From positions 2,071,620-2,135,619 of the forward strand of contig BDGG01000004.1 of NCBI GenBank assembly GCA_001949185.1: a stretch of DNA of 64,000 bases, given 5' to 3'. Below are positions 1 to 15,114 of this stretch, piece by piece. A program made the translations under genes and the position numbers. Source of the stretch: Ramazzottius varieornatus (taxonomy: Eukaryota > Animalia > Tardigrada). The first letter of the stretch is position 1, and every line of letters begins with the position of its first letter. The notes beneath the pieces are model-generated. The model worked only from the letters and a program-made list of their open reading frames with translations, did not search any database and was not told where the DNA came from.

Positions 1-814
1 TTCATTTGACGCAATACCACGACTCTACTTACTTCCGGTGTTTCATTTTCCTGTACGCTTTTGATAGGGAGGATAGGGTCTTTCAGCTGTTCATGTAGAT
101 GCTGAAGGAAGGCCTCCTGAGTTCTCTGTCCGCGGTATTCCTTCTTGGCTACCTGTCCGCTTCGCCATAGTTTCAGTGAAGGATACTTGGAGATATGGTA
201 GGCAGCACAAATATCGGCTGCAATAAAGCATGGAATTACAAAAATCAAGAGGGACAGCTGGTATGGGACTTCAGAACATCTTATACCTTCTTTATCACAG
301 TCCACTCTTCCCATCGCGATTCTATTAGCCTGCTGCAAATTTGCAATATGTTAATTAGAAGTTCGCGAATAAATAAACATGCGTTGCTTACTGGGTACTC
401 GGATTTGATCTTGGTGGCGGTCTGCTCAAATATAGGAGCGAGCATCCGGCTGAACTTGCACCATTCCGCATAGAAGTTGACAAAAACGACATCGTTCTGA
501 GCTACAGAGGTAAGAAAGCACATCGATTTCCGTAATTCAGACAGTATGCTCCTGAATTTCGGGTCTTCACAAATAATCCGTAGATACACATACCAACTAC
601 AGAGTCAATGTTGTCTTTTTTTATGTCGATGACAGAGTCAGCAGCACGAGTCGTCCCGAAGAGATACAGTGAGGATACCTGAAAGAGATGAACAACGTCA
701 CAAGTTGTCAAGCACTAGAGGAATGAGTGTGGGTAGCAGCGATCGGGATTCAGTAGAACAACTTACCAAGAAGATATGAAGATACGACACCCATCCCCGT
801 CCTTCCCACATCAT
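1..814 (-). CDS. ERP44: ERp44 (ER thioredoxin-like protein 44), 5' exons; the gene runs off the window start
   Basis: Spliced translation MMWEGRGWVSYLHIFL|VSSLYLFGTTRAADSVIDIKKDNIDSVV|AQNDVVFVNFYAEWCKFSRMLAPIFEQ...; later exon ISKYPSLKLWRSGQVAKKEYRGQR. Hydrophobic signal region and the ERp44-type CxxS motif (CKFS; canonical CRFS). Confidence 0.9.
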
Positions 815-1233
815 GAATCCGACAGCCAACACAAGAAAACAGCTGCTGCCCCAGTACTGCAGGTAGGTCCCGTGGGGCGGATACTGGACACAGATACAGC
901 CCGCTGGTCCGGAAGCGGATCACGTTGTACAACTTAGCAACACCTCGTCCCATTCACTTGCTCCGAAGTCCGATGAACTAGGTCGGCGTGCTCCACGGAG
1001 TTGGCAGCTCGAGAGGCTCCTCGGATCTCCTCCTGATACGATGTCCTTGTCCACGATGACCGCAGGGCAGAGACTACGGATGACACAAGTCCAGACCAGC
1101 CGATGATCCAAAGATGCTGAAGCTGACGTGGTACAGACCGGATGCAGGTCGAGTCATACTCGTACAGAACACTTCTAAGTTCTAAGCCAGACTGTCAGAG
1201 ACATGGAAATTTGAATGATTAGAAATACGCTCC

Positions 1234-1241
1234 TGACGTCA
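1234..1241. promoter_or_regulatory. Palindromic CRE (TGACGTCA) in the ERp44/INTS7 bidirectional promoter
   Basis: Exact motif in a ~650-bp head-to-head interval. Confidence 0.4.
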
Positions 1242-1465
1242 CAAGATCATGAGCCTTTGATCGCTTGATTGACAGATCAACTTCTTCTGGAAACCGAAAG
1301 TGAACGAACTTCAAAAACAACAAAGCACCGAATCGCAAAGTTGGCAAAGTGTGTTGGTTTCGAAAATTCACAAATGACAAATCTACGACCGTGCATCTAG
1401 CTTTTTCCAGCACTCCTCCTCGTGAATACGTGAGCCTGAGCGTGTTGCTGCATTTCCGTCCTAGG

Positions 1466-4400
1466 ATGTTGTCTCTTGGTACTCTACACCAGCAAAAGAA
1501 AATCTCGTTGCAGGCGCAAGAAGCGGAAGCGCATAGCCTGTTTCTTAGAGTGATCGACCTAATACGTTCCAACAGACTGGTGGACCAAGTAGAAGCAATT
1601 GCATTATGCGGCTCCTGTTGTTCGCGCTTCCAGTCACCCGTGATCGTCAATTCGGCCTTCATGCGAATGGCAGAAGCTTTTCGCAATGGTCCCAGTATGC
1701 TTCGGATGGAGATATTGCGTGTGATACAGCGGAGTGCAGAAGTAAGTTAGCTTGCTTAATATCTAGACTGACCATATTCCCTTACACAAAATATTTTGCA
1801 GCACCTACCGAAGATCCGAAACTACACGGATTTTGTCAGACCAATCTCCGAGGTTATTTACAGCAACGATCCGGATGCACGCGCCGTTACACTGCGGCTA
1901 TTGGCTGCCATTGCCGTCTCTATTCCGAACCAGTTAGACGCTCACCATGCCGTGCGGATGGCACTACAGTCCAACGACAGTACAGAACTCCAGGCAGCGC
2001 TTTATGCCTGCCTGAACATTGTCAGAGTCACAGGGAAGTTCGCTGAGGAAGTCACACATGATGTCGTCACGCTGATCGGGCGACCTGGACTCTCCGATGG
2101 TGTGACCAGCGCAACTTCCGGTCCAGAGTACCTCGTCTGAATTATCTTTTTTTCTTCCAGATATTCGAATTGCCGCCATACAGATTCTTCCCTACCTGTC
2201 CGGATCTCCAATGGATACGATGATGATAGCTGACAGACTTACCACCATAATCGACGCTTATAAGACGGACTGCGGTAAGAGCTTTCGTTTGGTTCAGACT
2301 TGCCTTCGAGTTCAAAGTGACTTGCTGGCTCGTTTGGCGGAACCCGAACTCATCCTACGGCATTGCGTGACGTTGGCTGGGTACATACAACATCCATGGC
2401 CGGAAGTATACAAGCCTGCACGTCAAGAACTTTTGCGGTTCTTTCGCCTGTGCATGTCTCAACTGAGTCCTAAGGTCCTAATCAGCCTTTTGGTGGACCT
2501 TGTCCCGTCAGACCGTCCTCGGGTCAGCAAACAAGGTAATACTGATTGAAATCTTCGTTCTTCGTACATTTTCGCCGATTCAATCCATTCTTCTGTGGAG
2601 GGACTAATATTATATCAGAACAACAGTGCTTCGTTCAGCAGAATTGGTGTTTTCCAGGTATCAAGTGTGCTTTTGTGGTCGCTTATGATCCAGTTACGTG
2701 GGATGTTCTGGAGTCTTCCGACGACCGCCTGGTTTATCAGTTGAGACAGCATGCCACAGAGTTTCTCGATGCTTCTGGGGCCTGCGCATTCAGCGTTCTT
2801 TGTCGCATGGTTGCATTGGGCAACGGTGTGGTCAAGCCGGAAGCCTTCGAGAGGACTACGGACGCTGTAGGAGTCTTGTACAGTCACCTGATTGCGATCG
2901 TATCCACGACCGAAGACTCTGCCATGCTTAGTTTCGTCCTGAAAGGTCTTTCCCCTGTAAACCTCGACAAGTTTCCATCATCTCTCTTTCACCACATCAG
3001 CTCCACCATAGAGAATTTTATGAAGTTCCGGAATCCACGCTGTTCGCTTATGTGTCTCAAGTACCTTTACCAGTTATCCTTTAATTACCACGACCTTGTC
3101 AGGAAGGTATACGATCAATGTTTCACTCAGTTCAACTTTCCCGACTTGGAGGAAAACGAGAAATTCCAGATGGTTTTTCACATGGTGGCTCTGAGGTTTG
3201 CCGTGACTGTGGATCCTGACGAAAGAGCAATGGCGCGGGATGTGATAGCGACTGGCCTGTCGCTGTTCAGCTTGTATCGTCTGGCGCGAACGGCTCTGAC
3301 TGACGGGCGAACTGTCTTTGCCATGGAAGTTCTGGAGCATTTGGTCAAAAGTCCTGAACTGGAGAACATGGCTACCGTCTCCAACTGGTCAAAGGTTCTC
3401 CTCGGTCTCTCACAATCAGAATCTCTGAAAAGCCAGTTATTATCAAACAGTAAGATCCCTGTTCGCTTTCGATCGAACATTTTTGAAATATTTTTGTAAT
3501 CTTACTAGGATTTCATCAGCTATCATTGCCTTTGTTTAGTCACTGCGGAACGACAGAATCAAGTAACGAAGGAGAGAATCGATCTCTTGACCAGGGTCCA
3601 AACAAGACTGACGGAGGTTTCCACACTGAGCGGCAATGACAAGTTCAGAAAGGCATATCTTGAGCTGACGGTCCAAACCCAGCGTTGCCTTTTGTCTCTG
3701 GTTGATGCAATAGAAGAACTTTGCTTACGGGCTTCTGTCTCATCAAACCCGGATAGTGTACTCAGTTCGCTGTCCACCTCTTTCCTGGGCTGCATCGAAA
3801 GCTTCACGTCGGGAGCGAACCAGTCCGCGCAGCTGTTCCGTGCCTCTTTCGATGCCGATGGACCTTCTCTCGGCATTGTTCGCTACCACTTCGCAGTCTG
3901 TACAGGGTTCGGCGAAGTCCTTTCTGCTGTGACAAAGCGGCCTTTCCTGGTGTACGAAGGAATTCAGTCGTCGGAATCTGTCTGCGTTCGTGGAGCCGAA
4001 GACAAGCTGGCCACACTGGCAACGCTCAGAACGAAGAAGTTCGACACTGCGGAAGAGTTTTACCATTGGCTGAAAGAACTGTACCAGCTATGTTCCTTTT
4101 TCCTGTCTAAAATCATTCCGCTTCCTCGATACTTCCTGCAGAAATTCCAGCAGACTGTCATGTCGGTAAGCCTCACACCGACACAACCTGCCGATAAAGA
4201 CTTCGCTCAGGTACTTTGTTATTCTAATTATTTACTTTTTATTGTAGTCAGTTTCTTCCGTTTTCCAGATCTTGAATATGGATACGAAGCTTGCGCTAAA
4301 AGTAGACGGAGCCATCAACACGGATAAGCGCCTCGAAAGACCGTTCATTAGACAAGTGTCGAAAGTTCAGATAAAGTTACGGATCACCTTGGAAAAGTCT

Positions 4401-4637
4401 TTGCCGTTCTCGTCCAAAGCGCTCCATGGTGTAGAGACCGCCCAAGAGACCATGATGCAGGATGTGATGCTTGAAGAACGCTCCTTCTTTTCTCATACTT
4501 TTGTCATGTTTTTAGGTTATCCCGGCTTATATAAGATCCATGTTGATTTTGAACTGCACGATCAAAATCTTGTCGCCTGGGACCCAGGTCAGTCCTTCGA
4601 TCTTATGGTGAAAGTGGTGGAAGGGCGGAAGGATTAA
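1466..4637 (+). CDS. INTS7: Integrator complex subunit 7 (multi-exon)
   Basis: PVIVNSAFMRMAEAFRNG...|HLPKIRNYTDFVRPISEVIYSNDPDARAVTLRLL matches the INTS7 N-terminus; C-terminal PLPRYFLQKFQQT followed by a beta-rich domain. GT-AG introns near 1743, 2100, 2536, 3450 and 4211. Confidence 0.9.
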
Positions 4638-5542
4638 CCTGATTACAGCAGGATAGACCTTCCTTGTGCACGTTTTGTCCCATTCATCGGAGAATCTCTT
4701 CTGTTTTTCTTTCCTTTGGTTTCTAATGTTTCAGCCTACCATAGCCTTGCGTTTCAAGGAACGGAAGCGAAGAAGCTGGACTAAATAAAACCTCACGTGC
4801 GCTGCTAAGCAAATTCTATCGTTGCAGTGCTCGAAGAGTCTTTTACTATCTACTTGAAGTGATTTTCTGGCGTCTTGAAGAAGGGGCTCTTAAGGAACAT
4901 ACCTCAACGTGGAAATTCTCGAGAAACGGTGAAGTCGGCAGCTAGGTCTCCGGTTTTCTTGGTCAACGGAAATTAACGGAACGACACAGAAATTCACGGA
5001 AATTAACGGTACGAGCGCCCCCTATCCGCTGCAGCAAACATTCCATGATTTCCATTTGTGCAGTGCAACATGTGCGCAAACTGGCCTTTTAGATTTAGCT
5101 TGTACGTATGCTAACACCTACTCTAACGTTAGTCACAACAAATTCTGCGTTGATTGGTTGATGACAAATATGCAGGTCGGTGAATTGTCACGGATTCGAT
5201 GTGATGACTGCCAAGATGTCAGAAATTTAGAATCTACATTCTGTTCGCACTTCGCTGTTAAAGATTCCTTACAGTTCAGGCTTGAAGCAGTATCTTCTGA
5301 AGACGAGGAAAGACCGGATTGTTCTGGTCATGGCCCAGTTTTGATCCCGTGAAGCCCCATCCTGACTCTGCTCATCTGTTTTGTTGGAATCCATCGCGAA
5401 AGCCTTAACCGCAGGAGACAGTCTTAAGGTACGTTAGTGATCGGTATTCTCTGTGTGACTGTGTGAGCCTTCCGTGGAGCTTACTGGGTACGTAGCTATG
5501 AAGAATGCTGCTTTGTTGTAGGTTCGGGACTAGCCGCTCACC

Positions 5543-7265
5543 ATGGGGAGGAAGAAGAAGAAACCATCGAAGCCGTGGTGTTGGTAGGTTGACTAGGTTT
5601 TAATCCAGAGATAAACTGCACACGCCGACTGCTGCTGTCCTGTCTACTGGTTGCTGATCTCTACAGTATACTCAGGCGCTCTGTGAAAGATGCTTTTATG
5701 TTACAGGTACTGTAATCGCGAATTTGAAGACGAGAAGATTCTGATTCAGCATCAAAAGGCCAAGCATTTCAAATGTCATATCTGCCACAAGAAACTGTAC
5801 ACTGGACCTGGCTTAGCTATTCACTGCATGCAGGTACGTCATGCTCAACATCCATCCATAGTACCCCACCCCTATGGTGTGACTTTACGTAGGTCCACAA
5901 GGATACACTGGACAAGGTACCTAATGCAGTCGCCGGTCGGACGAACATCGACATGGAAATCTACGGCATGGAAGGCATCCCTCCCGAAGATATGCGAGCA
6001 CACGAACAGATGAAGAGAGAACGTGAGTCCATTTCGTTTCGCATACCTGAGTTGTAAGTTACAGGTCGAAGTCGGGGTTTCTGATGTGATGATGTCTCCT
6101 TGGGTTGCAGGTGGAGATAAGGAAGATGACGGAGACGACGATGACAAAGATGACTCGGCGACACCCACTTCCGGTTCAGCTACTCCGCAGACTACCACCA
6201 TGCCTGGCGCTCCAGGTGCGGTTCCGGGCATGTCGACACCGCTGAACCCCTTTGGCAACAATCGTATGCCCATGAACATGAACATGCGTCCACCGATTAA
6301 CATGGCGGGAATGATGCCGCCCGGGTTCATGCAAGGAATGCCGGGAATGCCTCCTGGAATGAACAACATGATGCAGCGTCCACCACAAATTCCAGGCATG
6401 GCACCACAAATGCAAATGCAGGGATTACAATTTACGCCGGGGTTGGTTAATAGGTTATCCTGTTGTTTCGCTAGCTTATGCCCTGTGCTTTACTTGCAGA
6501 ATGCCTCCCATGGGTTATCCGGGCATGCAGAACGTGCAAGGAGGTCCACCGCCGAATATGCAGCAGCCTCCGCCTTCCCAACCGTGGATGCAGCAACAGC
6601 AGCCGCCGAGGATGAACATCAATATACCGCCTCCTTCAAACACATCGGTTCCTCCACCTAACTTTCAAGGACCGCCACCTTCCTTGCTGAGCTCTGCGCC
6701 ATCTCGACCTCTCTTTCCTGGAGCTGTGCATGAGGTACTTGAGTATCCTTGTGAGAATGTGTCACGTGAATGTCATTCAACAGTGTGGAGCTTACACCGT
6801 TTTTTATTCCAGCGTCCTCCGCCATTGTCTGCTCCTGTCGGTACAGACTTCAAGCCTATAGCTTCAGGTCCAGTCACCGGTTCGATTCCTGTAAATTATG
6901 GAGCTCCCAATAATCAGGTTCGACCGCCTGTTCCGACAGTACCTACCACGCTTATTGCTGCGCCCGAGCAGGGCAGCCTCATATGTCATCCTTCGGAAGA
7001 CGTTTCACTGGTACGAAATCCAGCATTTTATTTGCAGCATGTGACGTTCATTATCCTCCTGCTCACTTTGGAATTTTATAGGAGGAACTCAGAGCGAAAA
7101 AGTATCGAGTATCATCCGGACGTGGAATGCCTTCCAGCACAGGTAAAAACTCTTGTTCTGTTCACAGTGCTGTCTACTAATTGGAGAGAAGTCAAGCAGG
7201 ATTTGGCGTCATATGCTTATCTATTCCGATGTTTCACAGACGAGCTGCGGCCCCCTGGGATTTAG
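5543..7265 (+). CDS. ZNF207: BuGZ / zinc finger protein 207
   Basis: [14 protein letters not shown]|[42 protein letters not shown]|VHKD...; Pro/Met-rich middle; GLEBS-like HPSEDVSL|EELRAK. Confidence 0.96.
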
Positions 7266-7571
7266 CTGTTGGGTTCTATTCTGGAGTCAAAGTTAATTTG
7301 CTGCTGTGAGCGCAAGTTTGTTTTTTGTTTTGGGTAAGTTTAAGAGACACACCAAGTGCTCTGTACCGCTTCTTTAGCCTAATGTAATATCATTGATCCG
7401 GCTTTTCCTTCAGCACCTCTTTTTTATCACGAGTAGTCTTTTTTATAGTACAAAAAGCTCTCACTACTGCCCGTGAGATGTAAGCGGAAAGTCATGTTTC
7501 CAGCCGGAGAGAAGCTTTGACCAGGTACTTGTGCCACAGCTGCAACTAGTAAGTAGGAAAAAGCAATGGGG

Positions 7572-7614
7572 TAAAGTATAAAACACAATCTGCGAGTAAA
7601 GTATAAAACACAAT
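7572..7614. repeat. Short direct duplication (GTAAAGTATAAAACACAAT x2) between convergent 3' ends
   Basis: Two exact copies separated by ctgcga. Confidence 0.7.
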
Positions 7615-7689
7615 TTCTGCACCTGGATAAAACGCGGCCTCCTGGACTAATTACAGTGGTGACGGTGACAATAACATAACAACAAACTA

Positions 7690-10306
<2,617 letters not shown>

Positions 10307-10349
10307 AAACAGAAAGCGAAGCATCAGACCAATTCGAGAGGCCACCGGA

Positions 10350-10441
10350 AAGCTCGGGATGACCGTTATCTCAAGTGACGCCCTTTACGTTGTTACTAGC
10401 TGAATACGTGCGCCACTTGAGATGACGATCATCCCGAGCTT
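10350..10441. repeat. 92-bp inverted repeat / MITE-like hairpin in the Su(H) upstream intron
   Basis: 32-nt arms 10350-10381 and 10410-10441 are reverse complements with 3 mismatches; a degenerate second copy lies at ~11442-11510. Confidence 0.8.
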
Positions 10442-11254
10442 GTTTGCCGGCTTCCTGGTAGCTTCTTGGTCTTCAAAGGTCATCACCGATTTCGAAAGGT
10501 TCAACTGAGAGACCCGACTGCGAGGCTAACTGACCGGAAGAGCTAAAGAGTGTCCTGCTGCAGCATTCAGTGCATCCGTGTGATAACCCGGACAGAAGGA
10601 CATGTCTTATAGATTATGACAGAATAAGTAACTTAAAGTATGGCGTGGAACCTTCTCGCAGCTAAACGTGGGACAAGCTCAACGAGTCACGGAAAGTAAC
10701 GGAAGGTTTCTGAGAGTAAATCTGAGGATTGGAAAAATTGTGAGTCTGGTGGTGAGATTGTCACTTGCTGAACGGTCAATGGGAAACCGCAGAAATGAAG
10801 AGCAATGGTCGAGCAAATACTGCCTCTTTCGTTAATTTGACGACAACGTTTGTTCCATTGCACCACAATTAGGGTAATTAGGTGTTGAATATCAGATTAA
10901 TGTAACTGCTCACCCATTCCACGTCGCTAACCAAGCACAACAATCTCTACTGTTCATTGCCTTGTACCATCATCGAAGTATGATACTATGGAGCTTCTCC
11001 TGTTTTCAGTCTCGCCCACAATCTTCGTTTGTTACCGTTTATATACGTACTTGACTCCCGTATCCTTTTGCCCTATCATCAAGTCCTACATGAAGGATCT
11101 CCTGTGGTTTCGCTGACGTCGCTACCATAATATTCGAAACGTCGTCGTTACAAAGTGGAAAGGTTAGTACAGTTTACTGATCAAGTCATGGTCATGCGAA
11201 AGATTCCACGGTTAACCAGATAGAAAAAGTCTAGCCGGCACAACCACCCTAAAG

Positions 11255-12360
11255 TGTGGGAACAAAGGTATCGTCAAGCGTAGCTGGACACTGGCCCGTG
11301 GTGTAACCGGTAGATGCACTCTGAACGAGCTCGGCTATTTAACGATCTTCAAATTTATACCGGGATAATTACCCCGATCTGCAAGGCGTTCATCGGGATA
11401 GTCAGACAATGAAGTAAGACGTGGGCAAATGAACTGAACCAGATCGCTGTCTCAAGTGACGCACGTTCTCGGTGCAATGGCTGAAAATGTGCGCCACTTG
11501 GGAGAACGACTCGTTCCTAATCATTTGCCGATGACCCAAGTATCATTTTGGAGTGAATTTGGTACGTGGCTCTTGAATTAGTTTTAATATGCCCAATATC
11601 TTCGTGCTAATATAGCACTGTAGCCCCAAAGTTTTGGACTGGACAGTGTCCATATCGGATCCCTGCGCCGCTGAGGAGAAGGTGGGGCTGTGCTGAATGC
11701 CTACATGAACAGCTGCAGGTATTGAATCCTCATAAATGACACCCGAGAGCAAACTGGAATCTGGAATTTGAGGAGGACTCTTAGCCAAAGGGTTTGAACA
11801 ACCCTCTTCGCAAATGGCAGTTTATCGTACCTAAAACTAAGTTTGTAGCTGAATGTAGTGATATCATGGAGTCATGGTCAGGTTCTCACAGTCGACGACG
11901 CCTTGTTCATGCAAACGCGTGAGATCAATCAAACAATCTGTCCCTCGCTAAGGTCACTATAATCACGCAATACCCCGTTTCAACATGGCTGAACATACCG
12001 CACTGTCTCCATGCTGCTGCGCATAAACGCTTGCCTATCACTCAGCCGAAAAAATCGGCTGTTCTGTTACTGTCTAGCATTGCCCATAATGGTTAAGCGT
12101 TCGACAAACATCAGATTATGGATACTTACCAAACTTTATAGAAGAGAGCGATGATCACAAACGACGGAGACGGTCGCGGTTGCAGATCCAGCGCTTAGAG
12201 AATACGCGGAGTGAAAGCTACAGCCGTTGATGTCCAGCGACGAGTCCTGTAGTAAGCAGCAATAGCGGAAGGTGGTAAGTTTATGGCGTAGCTGTAGCGA
12301 GCATTCAGGATAAGAATGAGAATGTCTTCATGTCCATTCTCACGATGACGAGCGTGAGAA
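11255..12360. promoter_or_regulatory. Cluster of CSL/Su(H) binding sites (YGTGRGAA) upstream of the Su(H) coding exons
   Basis: TGTGGGAA 11255-11262, TTCTCACA 11883-11890, TTCTCACG 12337-12344, CGTGAGAA 12353-12360. Confidence 0.55.
11442..11510. repeat. Degenerate second copy of the 10350 hairpin element
   Basis: Shares TCTCAAGTGACGC...GCTGAA...GTGCGCCACTTG with the first copy. Confidence 0.7.
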
Positions 12361-12718
12361 AATGCTCCAGGAGCTTATGAGAAATGCCAGGCTATCTGTA
12401 TGTCACAGATTTCGAATATTTCGCCATACAGTACATACTGCCTTACATTTTACATGCAAGTCATATAGTGGAACAGTATGTCGTAATCAACCACCACCAG
12501 GCGACGCCACGCCCCACTTCCCTGCTGCTCTGCCCAACAAGTGATCGCCACTCGCCAGCTTCCTTTCGTGAAAGTTGTGCCTTTGAAAGTTTACAATGCA
12601 TACGTAGTGAAACATTAAAAGTCATAGCTAGATGCTCTTGAATCATGCTGGAAGCTCTTCCAGTTACTAGTAAAGAATTCCGAACACAGAATGATAGGTT
12701 CGTCATAACTAAATAGCC

Positions 12719-14305
12719 TTAGTTCATTTTCATTTCCGCCAGGTTCCAGCAGGCTTCAATTTCGGTATGAGCTTGGTGGACAGTGGGGCTGACATATACA
12801 GCCGAGCGGTATTCCTCTTTCGAAGACAGAGTCCCTAGCACCTTTCCGGCGAGCACACCGTGGTAATGGAGAGCTACCTGGGAGGAACCTGCAATGGGAA
12901 AGTCAGAGCAGCGTCAACCCTACATGGTAAAATCTGAACACTGCAATGCACTAGTATACATCGGTAGAATACTCCGAAATCGACACGAAGTACCTGAGGG
13001 ACTATTGATGCCGCTGGACATATGGAGTATCCGGCGAAGATCGTGCGGTAACATGGTGATCTCCATCGTGCTGAGCAGTATCATCGCTGGTTGACCCGCC
13101 CTGACAGCGCTGACGAAACTCCTGGCTAGTTGGCTACTCTTCGCTTTCTCCGTTGCGAACACGATCACCAAACAGTCCTGCAAATACGAAAAAAGGGAAA
13201 CTTCAGTGTTGCGGTTGGGTTACAGCTTTTTCGATCGTGCAGTACCTCTCCCGGATCACTTGCTGGTCCATTCCCAGTTGTGAAAGGAACCAGACTGATG
13301 CTAGGATCGAACGATGCCAGAAGGTCCGTCTCGCCAATGACTTCGGGATCGTTCAGGCCGACCTTCGCCGTTGCCAGTTCATCCGTAATCAACGAGAAAT
13401 TATGGCTAGTTCCCCCCTCCCCATTATTCGGAGTGAAGTCGTGCACGTTGGTCCAGTTATTATTGAAGGGTGAGAGACCAGCTTGAGCCATTTGTCCTGC
13501 AAAGACAGATTTAAGAAGAAACAACACGGTCAAACTTGTGTCCAACGAACCTTCTAGCTCTCCGTAGCTGACTTGTAGGCAAGCGAATTTGGCGGCGACT
13601 GTATTTTCGATGATTGGTTTTGTTGAGCAGCATAGATGTACGGAGATACGTCGACAGTCTCTGGTGCGAAATTGCTGACAGAGAACCAGGATTGTACAGT
13701 CATCACAGTTCCGTACGAATGTACTGCAAAAAAATCGGAAAATTATTCTAATCGGAAAATTATTCTAAAATCGGAAAATTATTCTAATCCGCAAATAACG
13801 ACACTCACCTTCCTTTACACGGTCCCACAAAGATGGCGCAACCGGTGCAGTCCAGTATAGTGATAGAATCGGTCCAGTCGAATAAAAAAATGTTACAGTT
13901 CTAGAACGGGAAGCCACATGGTTCACCAGGAGGCTGAACGGTAAAACTTGCAACAGAAACAAAGTGAAGAAAATATCCAAACGAACCCTGCATCTCTCAA
14001 TGATGAACTGATGCCCTTTGATCGATCCCGGCTGATGCACGATTGTTCTCGATTCGAGGCCGATGTGTTTGTAGTCGTCGGGGTTGATTGTGTTCAGCCG
14101 GTTGCTCCTGGAAGAAAATTCATTGGACTAGAGCCGACAGTAGTAAGGCCTAGAACATCATTTACCAGGAGTAACTTTTGAGCGTGGTCTGGCCGGTGGA
14201 GCTCAAGCGTCTCCGGTTAAGGATCTCACTGTCCACCGTCGAGATCTGCATGGTGGGAGTTCCGTTTCCGAGCAGGTTTCGTAGTACGGCAAGAACTTGT
14301 CCCAT
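12719..14305 (-). CDS. RP2: Retinitis pigmentosa 2 / XRP2 (TBCC domain, ARL3 GAP)
   Basis: Starts MGQVL (myristoylation-type MG)...KSYSW; [14 protein letters not shown]; [18 protein letters not shown]; C-terminal NDK-like region. Confidence 0.9.
13734..13790. repeat. Tandem repeat, 3 x ATCGGAAAATTATTCTA(A), in an RP2 intron
   Basis: Read directly from the sequence. Confidence 0.8.
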
Positions 14306-15114
14306 TGCTCAAGCAATATCTCGTTAGTTTTGACACCGTTCCATTCCTTCGTAACACAGCTCGTCTGGACGCTTGATCCTCGCTGCGTCGAATTGACGGG
14401 AAAAGAGAAACCAGTGTTCTTTAACAGTACCCTAGTGCGCGAGCTGGATAAAGGGCTAATCTACTGTAACAGGCTGTGCGTAAAACTGTACCTTCTGCAA
14501 TAGTCTAGAAGATCGATCATCAGCCATCACGTCTCATAGCAGGCCGCCGAGAACCACGCAGAAGCACCGTACTAACTGGAATTAAGGCTGTTCACCATCA
14601 CGGATACTTGTGCATTTACCTATCAATATTTATACCGGCTTCCGTTTGACGCAGGAGCTCACCTAGTGTGTCAAGAAATCAATAGGAAGAATCCCAGTGC
14701 CTGCTGTCACCCTGTCTGCTGATAAGTCATTCCGACTCCACAGGGAATCGGGCAAGTTGGAAACTGACGTACGCTTCACCTATGATGAATCTGAACTCTC
14801 GACGCTCGTCTGAGCACAGAGCGCGCTGCTGAGAATACAGGTTTGCGATTTATAAGCGTGAAATTTAAGTCTTTCTTCTTGGTTTCGGAAACCAGCTGAA
14901 CACTGAACGCACTTGTTCTTCAATATTTGCAAAAGAGATCGTTGATTTCGAAACTTCGCAGTGGTTTAAATAGGCCTGAAGAACCATGTGGTTATTTGGT
15001 TTACGGAAATGTTAACGATAACGGGAAAAACAATAGTCGTAATAAAAAATCTCTCTGTAAGAGTTGAGAACAGAAAAAGCGGCAGTGAGATTACGTAGAT
15101 ACCAGTAGTAAATT

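Noticed and set aside
1285-1375. Similarity between 1285-1375 and 14870-14950, and faint arm-A-like words at 1148-1265
   Set aside because: Too short and gapped to distinguish from chance without alignment statistics.
12337-12360. Canonical Su(H) paired site (SPS)
   Set aside because: Orientation is tail-to-tail with an 8-bp spacer, not head-to-head with 15-17 bp.
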